Below are positions 24,901-35,394 of a stretch of 64,000 nt of DNA, in pieces; the first letter of the stretch is position 1, and each line of letters starts with the position of its first letter. Both the position numbers and the translations under genes were made by a program. Below the pieces are notes generated by a model. It did no database searches. It had not been told where the DNA came from and worked only from the letters and a program-made list of their open reading frames with translations. Source of the stretch: Amoebidium appalachense (taxonomy: Eukaryota > Protista > Ichthyosporea). The stretch spans positions 2,124,907 to 2,188,906 of the forward strand of contig CAVNZM010000001.1 in assembly GCA_963693365.1 (NCBI GenBank), given 5' to 3'.

Positions 24901-24954
24901 ACATAACACAAACTGAGAAGATCTTACCATATGTAAATACTACGTATTACAACA
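18926..24954 (-). mobile_element. Ty1/Copia element, family A: 5' LTR 24030-24954, PBS, intact polyprotein, PPT, truncated 3' LTR 18926-19125
   Basis: The LTR reads TGTTG...TTAACA. PBS GGTTATGCAGCCC; PPT AAGTGGGGA at 19126-19134. Confidence 0.96.
19561..23967 (-). CDS. Copia gag-pol polyprotein (gag CCHC, PR, IN, RT, RNase H), 1468 aa from the ATG at 23967
   Basis: CSYCHEPDHTIIDC; WDSGCNMTVCP; WHHRLGH..CHGC; DSGSEF..NGYVER; LDVSTAFL, LYGLKQA, YVDD; YTDADFA, TEAE, CDN, NLADILTK. Integrase precedes RT. Confidence 0.97.
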   Translation of the reverse strand: MDPNKTGVNKITMWKGEGKTGPDSKTTYFQWEIIFLGMMTGTKGVRLVDVVLADNYVPPTTVAVDGEPPFYGYGTTAELKEARNCLLLHMIQNIDPSVLTTVAQYRIGMDPERAMWKFRQHYLQGKPDQIRILHRQWDACALQPGESFTTYLSRLQTIVNQLQSLQDESIHFTRLAEKFFNELTTRDDLTPEFNRLIEDYHFGDKLFPDFESLHNHVKGIELRQDLKMQLRNNRAHRASKSSMALNASAPPRDLPRRDLRTRLDRTSGTDLRTRLSRQHTRSRSPHRPAFRSTSRSPSRSRFSGSRRSDSPARSNTPSVKECSYCHEPDHTIIDCPEPKCRMSRHNRSRQGSEKSVSFAFSAYNASSVPVSSDPAWDSGCNMTVCPTREFFHDLTPLPTPTPVAAFNGTPVLATHTGHIVINTTTDHGTTTLTIEAYYTPSGQAFLISTSQAAAEYIKGDLNDASTPSFLFDRLTGRHLVNLRLHNGLYYFKDYTIQPPTRPVALAATTSVNPSIWHHRLGHRAMTSIKDMVKHDLVIGLPSSVLDCDVPDCHGCIMGKTTKAPFRGDRPHSNIPGHEWHWDFFEPTTTSYGGSKVALVTVCRASGLVKIYPMADRTTTLDILTAHTNLVATHAPSKVGVYHFDSGSEFTSKDTRAFCLSQGIKASYAPVDCPQLNGYVERRMRFLQEIVRCLLHQVQDQSLSPKLWAEALQHAAYIINVTPSTTANGRTPFEVFYGVKPDISELKVFGCPAYTHVPASKRNKLAPTVKLGMYIGYDLQSHCHRIFNATTHRVGLFRDVIFDESAYLPSDIPSTLPTPDTTATSTTPPPTVDTEDDVCLVYSGPPPAIVVPPTPPPTGPPAPVPVQPADPHPGPGNVTPIRPGSPDNFHSAPSSPEVAPPALPNFQVPPPPSPPTPVPAPRRSARLQGKVGLQATTTLPVPPGPPINIDQLPKLVRQLCSGPNGDQVKSALTAEYQAFVDKDIFELVDPPPGANIVGFKWIVSEKTLNSAGDTKIKARGVAQGFSQQYGVDYELIESPVIRPAALRAILALAVVEGHDIHQLDVSTAFLNSPLTETIYMKQPPGFITMATLGKVWRLKKALYGLKQASKAWYDFLDGILLAHGLTRTKTDPCIYLRFFPNNDVVRAGNYVDDSTITNTRGSTAASDLAAHISKMASCRMSPFDRMLGVDFNHSDPHHLHMHQRSYIMDIIHDFNLTDAKSKSTPIPAGTTVSLADCPPQPFTVPYRELLGRLLWVARCTRPDIAYAIGFLGRFSTNPGKTHWDLLRRVARYLLGTIDLGIDYKYSATQSPILECYTDADFAGCADSKKSTTGYIIVFAGMPVIWYSKLQPITATSTTEAELIALNAGTQEVAWVRDLFKELGCPMLAPTPVYCDNQSTIAIVNSTGIKHRTKHIAVRYHNTKDYIASGDVVVHYVESAHNLADILTKPLPGPSHVHHRARLCLPDIVD

Positions 24955-25818
24955 CATATGCTTAGTGTATATGCCACACTCCTATTATGTAAAGTGTAGA
25001 ATCGATCTCCGATATGCTTGTATACTTGTAATCGTGTTGTATCGGCTCTAATCGTGTATTGTCATATCGATTAGAATATTTATATGTGTGTACACGGATC
25101 CACCCACTCAGGGAGAGACGTGTACATGTTCGTGTGTACATAAATATCTCTGGTTATAGTTATGCTATTACTATCTTGTTTGTTGATCTGTGCTCTCTTT
25201 TCCTTTCTCTTTCTCCTTCCTTATTTTCTTTTCTTTCTCTCCTTGTCTTCATGTGTATAATCGTATTTCTTTTCTACTAATATATGTTAGGTAGATTTGT
25301 GTTACTTAATACGTGTTCATTGGACGGTAACACACTTAGGCTACACTTAGAATAGCATGTGTGTTTAGACTTCATTAATTTACTTTAGTTTTCATGTGTT
25401 GCCGGGCTTTAACCAATCATCAAGGTTAAGTGTGATATGTCTGAGTCTTTGCAGTATGTCATAGGTTAGAATTTCCTTGATGATGACACGAGTTGACCTT
25501 AACTAGTGTCTGTGTCCTATCGTGTACGTCTCCGCGTACCGGATCTCTCTGAAAGCAATTGGTTCTTAGTGATTGGTTTCTATTAGAGATAGATCTGATT
25601 TCCGACTGGTCGGAAATCATGTATGGATTGGACTTAGAGGAATTTCAGGTATTTATTTGAAGATCAGAATAAATTCAGTTCAGTCGTGTCTAAACATTGA
25701 TGTCTGTTGTGTACACTGCTCCGATCGTTCCGTGTTTTGTTGTTGTGTGTGTCTGTGGTGTTTTCACACTGCACCACTGTGTCTCTGCTTTCATCCCAAA
25801 TACTTATAATATTTAACA
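24955..25818 (+). mobile_element. Copia-A LTR lacking its first ~61 bp; abuts the leader of Ngaro copy 2
   Basis: Near-identical to 15314-16177; ends ATTTAACA with no PBS following. Confidence 0.92.
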
Positions 25819-25876
25819 CTTTTGCTATATTTTCTTTTTTCCTTTCTTCTCCCTATCTTTCCCTACGCCGGTCAGC

Positions 25877-27079
25877 ATGCCGCCGAAAAAGCGCCAGGCC
25901 TCAGCCGCCGCCCCTACCGCGGCACCTAAGCGCCTGACCCGCAGCGACCTCCGCCACAGGCTGACCAACGCTCCCGCGGGCACTGACGCGCCTCCAGCGG
26001 CCCATACCACCACGGACCCTCCGGCTACTCTCCCCTCTACTCCTGAAGTCCCTCCTCAGGCCCCACCGTCCCCGCCGATGACTTCTCAGGACGCCGTCCT
26101 TGCCGCCCTCACCGCCATCAGCACCCAGATGGCTGGCGTCCTGGCCGCTCTCACCAACCGCGACCCTCCCGCGCCCCCCTGGGCGCCCTCCGCACCCGGG
26201 GAGGTTTCCCTGGGGCTGCATCTCGGCCCTGACCTGGATCTACCTGCCCTGCCCGTGCCCCCCATTACAGGTGAGAACACTGGCGACATTCAGCCGGGCA
26301 CACTCCCGCTTCCCCCCGCGGATGTGCTGGCAGATTTGCGCGCCAATCGTTTCGTCGATCTGTATAAGTTCACCCCCGCCGCCCTCCTGGCCCCATCCAA
26401 GAAAGGTCAGCATCTGCGCATGGCCGACGACGGCAGCATCGAGACTTTTCGCCAAGACAAACCCGTTCCCTTGCGTTCACTCGTCATTTGGATCCACGCT
26501 TGGACCCATTACATGGCCGCCAAGCACCACCTCGGCCTCCCCACGGACAAAGAAGTACTTTGGACTCAGCACATCACTCGCCTCAGCACCCGATACCCGT
26601 GGGCCCAGATCCACAACTATGACGTATACGCCCGAACCGTTGCCCACCAACAGGGTCGGGCTCCGATCGAGTGTCCCAACCTGCTCGCCCAACTCCACCA
26701 GGATCTCCTCCTGCCACCCACTCTGCTCATCCCGGACGCATGTCAGCGTTGCGGCTTCCCCGACCACCCCAGCGCGGCCTGCCCCATGTACCCCAAGCCC
26801 GGCTGTGGTCTTGATGGTTTCGAGCCGCCCCACAAGCCCGGCGGGGGACAAACCCCCAACCGACCCGGCCCGCAACCCGGCCCGGCACCACCGGCCCGAC
26901 CCGTGGATCTACCCGCAACACACTGCAGGAATTTCCACAACGGTCGTTCCTGCGCTAAGCAGCCCTTCCCCTTCTCCCACGTGTGCCCGCTCTGCTCTGG
27001 CACACACCCCGCAAGGACTGCAAGCACAATGCCTAGTCTACCCGCACACCCACACCCACAGATAGAACATAGGGGCTAG
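25877..27079 (+). CDS. Ngaro ORF1 (gag-like), copy 2; the last codons are frameshifted relative to copy 1
   Basis: Highly similar to 11098-16398, with CCHC and a degenerate CCCH. Confidence 0.85.
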   Translation: MPPKKRQASAAAPTAAPKRLTRSDLRHRLTNAPAGTDAPPAAHTTTDPPATLPSTPEVPPQAPPSPPMTSQDAVLAALTAISTQMAGVLAALTNRDPPAPPWAPSAPGEVSLGLHLGPDLDLPALPVPPITGENTGDIQPGTLPLPPADVLADLRANRFVDLYKFTPAALLAPSKKGQHLRMADDGSIETFRQDKPVPLRSLVIWIHAWTHYMAAKHHLGLPTDKEVLWTQHITRLSTRYPWAQIHNYDVYARTVAHQQGRAPIECPNLLAQLHQDLLLPPTLLIPDACQRCGFPDHPSAACPMYPKPGCGLDGFEPPHKPGGGQTPNRPGPQPGPAPPARPVDLPATHCRNFHNGRSCAKQPFPFSHVCPLCSGTHPARTASTMPSLPAHPHPQIEHRG

Positions 27080-27950
27080 GAGCTAGGTTACACGGGTCCA
27101 AGGACACGGAGCTCGGGAAAAACGGGGCACTAGTGCTGAGTAACATTTTTCGCAGGCCAACTACGGCGCCCGCGCGCGCCAAAGAATAAATGTCCCTACA
27201 CAAAGACGTTATTCTGGCCACTGCACATAAATTTACTCCCCCCCCCCATCCCACGAGCCTCCCCCCCTTACACTCACCTAGCGCTCCCTCCCTTCTTCTA
27301 ACTCTGTGTACGCCCACACCCGCGCGTGCTCGGGCATCCCCTGCACAGGGCCCCGCTGCCCTCCCTGCAAACCCTCCCTCGGGCCCAGCTGCCCTACTCT
27401 AACCCCCCGGGGCCCTGCTGCCCCCCCCCCCCCCCCCCCCCCCCGATGCCGGGATCTCCCCGAGGGTGCCCCACCCTTGCTAACCACCCCCTTCCCCCCG
27501 AGGCTCAGCCCCGGTGGCCCGCCCGCTGCCCCAGCACCACGTTGAAACCTCCCGCCTCCGGGAGCTGCTGGCCCCCCTACCCAGCCCAATCATTCGCCGC
27601 GCAGCTCCTCCGTAACCATCTTCCCCGGACCCGACGACTCCGACCTTACCTGCAACCGGAGGCCTGCCCCTTCCCCTTCTGGGTCCACAAGTTCCTATCC
27701 CTTCCCCTGGGCTCACCCCCCCCCCCCCCCCCCCCCCCCCCCAGATCTCCCCTTCCGGAGCAACGCTGGCCGATTGGCCCCCCACTTTGCTCCGGCCGAG
27801 CTGCTTCGTGCCACCACTACCCTGCAGGCATGCCAGGCCCTGAGTCTCAACCTCGACTCTCGGGCCTTTTACTCCCGGGTACAAAAAGTGTTCATCGATT
27901 TTTGTATGGCATCTCGGCTGCAATCCTCCGCCGGGTCCTCCCTCCCGGCC

Positions 27951-30900
27951 TGTAAACAACTGTACACATGAACTGTACATGTTTACTAAAGAATGTGATC
28001 TACTAGCACACGATTCGTGCTTTGTCATGAATATCACATAAATATTATGTCCGCACCAATAGGACTCACTCTGACCTAAGAATTGAACCATATATGGTTC
28101 TTCCGCTGCATACCACATAAACGAAGTGAACCAATAAGAGGTTTGCATAAATAGGACGAAGGTCTGACTGGCTCGGACCGCACCAGAATCACGAATGGCA
28201 TGTTGCCACCCGCGCTGGCCGCGGATGAACCAATCCTGGGCCTTGATCCGAAACCTGGGGGCTATATAACAAAGCCGTCCCAGTACGGGGATCACATCAG
28301 TGAAGTCTGAGACAGACTGAGTCGGCCCATAGTAAAAGCAACCTGGCCGCGTGTGCCTTTCTACCCGTTCTCTGTCTTTATTTTGATTCAGTTGTACTCT
28401 GCCTTATCCTAACTAGTCCAACTGTTTACATTGGCGACCGCGGCAGGACACTGTTATACATTGCCAACTGTTTACATTGGCGACCGCGCAGTTCAAGAAT
28501 CTCGCATCCTTCGAATCTCACATCTTTCAATCAGTTCAAGAATCTCACATCTTTCAATCAGCTTAAGAATCTCCCATGGCCGATCACAATCCTTTTTACC
28601 CCGATGATAGGCACATCTTTCCTTGTCCGGCTTAGAATATATACACCGACAAGTTTGAAGTGGCCAGCCCACCTACACGGAAAGAATTGAAAGCATGTAA
28701 AACTTCTTTTGCTACGACACATCAAAAATGTGAAGAAAAACGAACACACAACGAAACAACGAATACACGAACAAACGAATAAAGAATTGCTAACGAAGCA
28801 ATGAACCAACGAAAAACGAACCATCACGAATACGCAATGAAATAAAGAGTTAACGACAAGCGAATGCATAGAGGAAATACGAAATGAATGCAACACAAAA
28901 CAAAACAAAGTAACGAAGTTATCAAACGACAAAAAACGAAAAACGAAAGCAAAATGAAATGGAAACACGAAAATGAAAAGAACGAATGCACAACACAGCT
29001 TAGGTTGCAATGCACACGGCCCCCTCTATGTTACGAAGAAAAGAAAACCGTTGCCCTTGCGTGCATTGCGCTATTGCACACTGTCATCGTGTCCATGCCA
29101 CCACCTGCACGTCCACACTCGCAACCCAGATGCACGGCCACTTTCAGCACAAATGCACTTAACGAAGAAGATAGTCGCTGTTGCTATAGCATGTAGGACC
29201 TAAGATCTTATGAAAGTAGTGTTGCATGCATGCTTCGAATCCCTTGCTGTTCTCGAATACAGCATGCCCCATAGTTTAGCGCACAGGATGCACATGCGCA
29301 TGAATGTATGCTGGCATGCCTAAACACATTACGAACATATGCCTGACTCATGTATGGCGGCCCTTCCTGGTGCCACGCCCTAACGAATTTGCACTCTTGG
29401 TGCACAAAAGGCATGTAATAAAGTCGATGCAGAACTTTTGTTCATGCATGTGAAAAACAAAGAAGGTGTTGGGTACGAATTTTAAGGTGAATGCCCGTCT
29501 GTGGCAATACTGTGTAACATACCAATTACACTGTCAAGCCTTGCACTAGCTGCCGGCACACCCCCACCAGAACAAAAGAATGTGGTATGGGCACCGCTCC
29601 CTCACAACCCCATCATACAGTGTCAGTATTTTGGCTGGAAGCCTTTCAGTTTCGAATTACGAATACCCTCCTTCACTACTGAAGAAAGTGACGTGGAAGA
29701 CGAATACGAATACGAATGCAAGGTGTTGTTGACTAACACATCGGACCATCATGTGTACCTAGGCCCTGGTACGGAGGTGACCATGTTATTCCCTTGCAAT
29801 ATGATGACACTGTAACAATTTAGCACGTGCATACCCCACAAATGGGCACATGCGGGAGACAACCCCACAAGCTGCCTTATTGGGCACCTCTGCTAAAACG
29901 AATATTCTTCTCACGAAGGAACAGAAGAATGCCACGAACACGAACCACACACTCACCAGGCAGCTACTTACATCTAATGTATGTAAGAAGTAGGGTGTGT
30001 GAACGGGGTAACTTCATGAACACCAACACGAAAGAAAGCACAGCACAAAGCAGTTCCACGAATACGAATGGTTTTGGTATTCCACATAACGAACAGAACC
30101 TACAGTAGGGCCACCTACAAATGAAGCAGAGGATGGGGCACCATCCAGACCTGCACTGGAGGATATGAAAACACGAAGCGCGCTCACGAAGTTGCTTACA
30201 AAAGAAAGGGCGACTGTGACGACTTTTCTTTTTAGGCCAAGCCTCCAGAAGAATGTATTATGCCTGGAATCCCCCTGCTCAACGGAAATGGCTGGCAAAT
30301 GGGATACGAAAACTGCTCACGAATGGAAGCATGTGTTTTCTGAAGAAGACTTGCTCTGCCTACCCTCTTCTTATGAATTATGAACCGGGTTTTTAATGGT
30401 TCTGACGGGCTGATATATTTCTTTATGTCGCCCAACGAAGAACACTTAGGGCATTCTTATTCATGTTATTCCCGGCTCCGATGATGCAGGGTTAAAGCTG
30501 AAAGGAAAGAAGTGCTCTTTGTTCATGAAAGAAGTGGCTTTTCCGGCCATGGTGACTCGCCTTACAGTCTTAAGGTAGAACCGGGATAAGGAGCAGTGGC
30601 TAAGCCTTGAAGCTATCCACCACTACCTGAGCTACGAAGTGACCTAAGGCTTGAGTTATATTCATTATCGAATGTTTGGTATGATCATTCATCCACACAA
30701 CTAAATTACTCGCAATTGAAAACGAATCTGCGGGAGTGTCCTAAAAAGGAAAAATTCCCCAAAAAGGAAAATATTACTTCTACAGAAAAGGCCAAGCACA
30801 GAGACGAAGCGAACAATCCGCACGCACACTCTGCAACAATCTTCGCCACGAAAATGAAATCACAGAAGAATGCTGCATGAATTTACGTTTTGGCAAATGA

Positions 30901-33900
30901 AGAAGTGCTCATAGACGTGCACAACTCTATTCAACCGTCCTTGCTCTGTTCTGCCCAGCAGCTCGGCGCACAAGAATTCTCGCTGAAGGTTGTTTATCGC
31001 CTCTCAGCCTGGTGGTTTGCTTGTCTAACGACACCACCAGGCTCCCGACAAGGGGGGGAGTGTAAACAACTGTACACATGAACTGTACATGTTTACTAAA
31101 GAATGTGATCTACTAGCACACGATTCGTGCTTTGTCATGAATATCACATAAATATTATGTCCGCACCAATAGGACTCACTCTGACCTAAGAATTGAACCA
31201 TATATGGTTCTTCCGCTGCATACCACATAAACGAAGTGAACCAATAAGAGGTTTGCATAAATTGTTAAATTCTATAAGTATTTGGGATGTAAGCAGAGAC
31301 ACAGTGGTGCAGTGTGAAAACACCACAGACACACACAACAACAAAACACGGAACGATCGGAGCAGTGTACACAACAGACATCAATGTTTAGACACGACTG
31401 AACTGAATTTATTCTGATCTTCGAATAAATACCTGAAATTCCTCTAAGTCCAATCCATACATGATTTCCGACCAGTCGGAAATCAGATCTATGTCTAAAA
31501 TAACCAATCATAATTAACTGATTATTTCCCGGATAGATCCGGAGACGCGGGAACACACACCATAGGTCACAGCTATAAGAAAGAAAAGAGGTGAAGAGTA
31601 ACGAGGAAAGAGGTGGTGTTTCTAACCTATCATCGGCTACAAAGACTCAGACATTTTCTGACTAAGTCCACTGATTGGATATAGTACGGCAACACACAAA
31701 ACAAAAGTGGTTGACTAAGCTATGAATCATACCTGACAAGCTAAAGTGTAACCTAAGTGTTTTTCTACCAATCAAAACATAACGAGTAATATAAATCTAC
31801 CTAACATATATTAGTAGAAAAGAAATACGATTATACACATGAAGACAAGGAGAGAAAGAAAAGAAAATAAGGAAGGAGAAAGAGGAAGGAAAAGAGAGCA
31901 CAGATCAACAAACAAGATAGTAATAGCATAACTATAACCAGAGATATTTATGTACACACGAACATGTACACGTCTCTCCCTGAGTGGGTGGATCCGTGTA
32001 CACACATATAAATATTCTAATCGATATTACAATACACGATTAAAGCCGATACAACACGATTACAAGTATACAAGCATATCGGAGATCGATGCTACACTTT
32101 ACATAATAGGAGTGTGGCATTTACACTAAGCATATGAACTGAAACATAACACAAACTGAGAAGATCTTACCATATGTAAATACTACGTATTACAACATCC
32201 CCACTTAAGACTTTGAAGTTTGTGTTATCATATCCCCACTGAACTAGTGAAATCTCCCCACTTGAGAACAGAAACGAAAAAAAAAATTAAAGTGTGTACT
32301 TTTCCGGGGGGGGGGGGGGGGGGGGGGGGGGGAAGGGGGGGGGGGGGGGGGGGAAGGGGGGGGGGGGGGGGAGAAGGGGGGGAGGGGGGGGGGGGGGGGG
32401 GCAACAACAGCAAAGGAAGAAAACAACCAAGGAAAAAAAAAAAAATATGCAGGTGAAGGCATATAATATATATATTAACGGGAGCCAGCCGTGGAAACAT
32501 TAACCTATGTGTTGTGACTCAGTGGGACTGGGAGTCGGCCAGTATTCGCAAAGGTGGCTAGCCTCAGGTGTATATGTGTTGTGCTAATCGATGAACCCTT
32601 AAAGTGGGCAAACCCCACTTAAGGCAAAAAAAAAAAAAATACATATACAGAATCGTAGTAGTAGACGTTCCAACTGGGAAGCAGTGTAGAGGAAGCTGCT
32701 GTCCAGGGCCCCAGGTGTAGTAGAAGACCACACGATGATCACTGCACAAGGTCGGGCACACAGAGTCGATCACGGTGAGTGACATGGCTGGGACCCGGCA
32801 GTGACTTGGTAAGGATGTCAGCCAAGTTGTTGGCAGACTCGACATAGTTGACGACAACATCCCCACTCAGGCTGGGGGGGGGGAGGATAGGGGATGGGGG
32901 GTATCGAGGACGCAAACGGTAGACAGGACAACGGGGGTCACGGCATTTGGATGCAGTGTGTCGAGGGTAGCCACACGTGGTAGGGCGACCGGTGGAGGGA
33001 TTGATGACCAAGGAGGAGTAGACTTGTCGTAGTTTGGAATTCGCTGAGGGGGGCGTCGAGGGTGCTTGCTGCTCGGGGTGACTGGGAAAGGCCGAACAGG
33101 GAGGGGGGTAGGTCTTCACGGAATTTGGGTTGGGATGAGGCACGACGGAGGCAGGGTCAAGTGCAGGTAATTCCGGACGGAGGAGGTTAACTGGGGCGGA
33201 TGCAGGGGCTTTGGAAACGGGGGAAGGCAGCACAGCAAGCTGGCTGGAAACGTGGATGGGAACGACTGGACCTGGCAGCATGTCTTGCTGGCCGGGGTCG
33301 GGTGGTAATGGGGGGGAAACAGCTGCAGGGGTAACTGTTGCCCGTGCAGAGCTGGTGGTAGCTGGGATCTCGACGAGGTTGGCCACGTGATGGGGGGAAA
33401 CTGCTGCCGGAATGCAGGGCAGATCAATGGAATGTGAGGGGGCCATTGACAGTGACGGCACGGTAAGGGGAGACATGGCCGAAAACAGGGTTGGAAATCC
33501 TGGAAGGAAGCAGGTTGGACACGGTAAACGGTTCTGGAGGGACTCAGGGTCGGGACTCCTAGGGAGGAGGGAAGCACAAAGGGCTTGGACGGGGTGGAAC
33601 ACGGTAGACTGGAAAGAAGTACCGAATTTGGATACTTCAGATGGACTTGATGGATGATGGTCAAGTCGGATCGAGACGGGGTGTCAAATTATCGTCGATT
33701 GGAACGCAGACGGGGTGTGAAATTATATTCGAATGCGGGTCGACGGGGTTCGAAATCGGATGGAATGGGATTTCGATGCAGGATCCTCAGGCCTGGGTAG
33801 ACAGGGCGGCGCGGTTGAGACCACGTCGGTGAAGTGTCAAGGAACTTGGAGCGCGATTGCAGAACCAAGGGTGGAGGACGGTTTGGCGTGACGGAGAGAA

Positions 33901-35389
33901 ACCAGGACGGAGCTGGAAGGAGTGCAAGCTGGAATTTGAACTTGCGAGGATGTCACGGGTGTCAAGGCGTGGCAAAAGCTCTTGTCAAGATGAGTCAGAT
34001 CTTGTCAAGAGGAGTCACGTGGGACCGGTTACGGACGGACGCCGGGGATGGATGTACACAGCCTCAGCACCAAGATGCATGAGGAGCTGACCACAGCTAT
34101 GATGTGTACCAGGAATTTAACGATCGCTAGGTCTAGGTGTGTGTAGGGAGCGTGCATCTGGGCCCATAACCTGTTAAATTGTATAAGTATTTGGGATGTA
34201 AGCAGAGACACAGTGGTGCAGTGTGAAAACACCACAGACACACACAACAACAAAACACGGAACGATCGGAGCAGTGTACACAACAGACATCAATGTTTAG
34301 ACACGACTGAACTGAATTTATTCTGATCTTCGAATAAATACCTGAAATTCCTCTAAGTCCAATCCATACATGATTTCCGACCAGTCGGAAATCAGATCTA
34401 TGTCTAAAATAACCAATCATAATTAACTGATTATTTCCCGGATAGATCCGGAGACGCGGGAACACACACCATAGGTCACAGCTATAAGAAAGAAAAGAGG
34501 TGAAGAGTAACGAGGAAAGAGGTGGTGTTTCTAACCTATCATCGGCTACAAAGACTCAGACATTTTCTGACTAAGTCCACTGATTGGATATAGTACGGCA
34601 ACACACAAAACAAAAGTGGTTGACTAAGCTATGAATCATACCTGACAAGCTAAAGTGTAACCTAAGTGTTTTTCTACCAATCAAAACATAACGAGTAATA
34701 TAAATCTACCTAACATATATTAGTAGAAAAGAAATACGATTATACACATGAAGACAAGGAGAGAAAGAAAAGAAAATAAGGAAGGAGAAAGAGGAAGGAA
34801 AAGAGAGCACAGATCAACAAACAAGATAGTAATAGCATAACTATAACCAGAGATATTTATGTACACACGAACATGTACACGTCTCTCCCTGAGTGGGTGG
34901 ATCCGTGTACACACATATAAATATTCTAATCGATATTACAATACACGATTAAAGCCGATACAACACGATTACAAGTATACAAGCATATCGGAGATCGATG
35001 CTACACTTTACATAATAGGAGTGTGGCATTTACACTAAGCATATGAACTGAAACATAACACAAACTGAGAAGATCTTACCATATGTAAATACTACGTATT
35101 ACAACATAAATAGGACGAAGGTCTGACTGGCTCGGACCGCACCAGAATCACGAATGGCATGTTGCCACCCGCGCTGGCCGCGGATGAACCAATCCTGGGC
35201 CTTGATCCGAAACCTGGGGGCTATATAACAAAGCCGTCCCAGTACGGGGATCACATCAGTGAAGTCTGAGACAGACTGAGTCGGCCCATAGTAAAAGCAA
35301 CCTGGCCGCGTGTGCCTTTCTACCCGTTCTCTGTCTTTATTTTGATTCAGTTGTACTCTGCCTTATCCTAACTAGTCCAACTGTTTACA
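27951..35389 (+). mobile_element. Non-autonomous Gypsy-type LTR element (480-bp LTRs at 27951-28430 and 31061-31262 plus 35112-35389)
   Basis: TGTAAACA...TGTTTACA ends; TSD CGGCC (27946-27950, 35390-35394); PBS TGGCGACCGCGGCAGGAC (tRNA-Arg-type 3' end); [13 protein letters not shown] at 31051-31060; RT remnant AGLKLKGKKCSLFMKEVAF near 30486. Confidence 0.9.
31263..35106 (-). mobile_element. Complete non-autonomous Copia derivative with 935-bp LTRs (34172-35106, 31263-32197), inside the Gypsy 3' LTR
   Basis: TSD TAAAT (31258-31262, 35107-35111); PBS GGTTATGGGCCCAG; PPT; RNase H tail remnant NLADILTKSLPGP in ORF 32739-33602. Confidence 0.93.
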
Positions 35390-35394
35390 CGGCC

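Noticed and set aside
18926-24959. CATAT as the TSD of the full Copia element
   Set aside because: The left CATAT is part of the truncated LTR itself (cacatataaat), not a flank.
7892-34914. Recurrent short ORFs (MCTRIHPL.., MCTLLRS.., MVSIRD.., MREKYNY..)
   Set aside because: They are translations of LTR copies, not genes.
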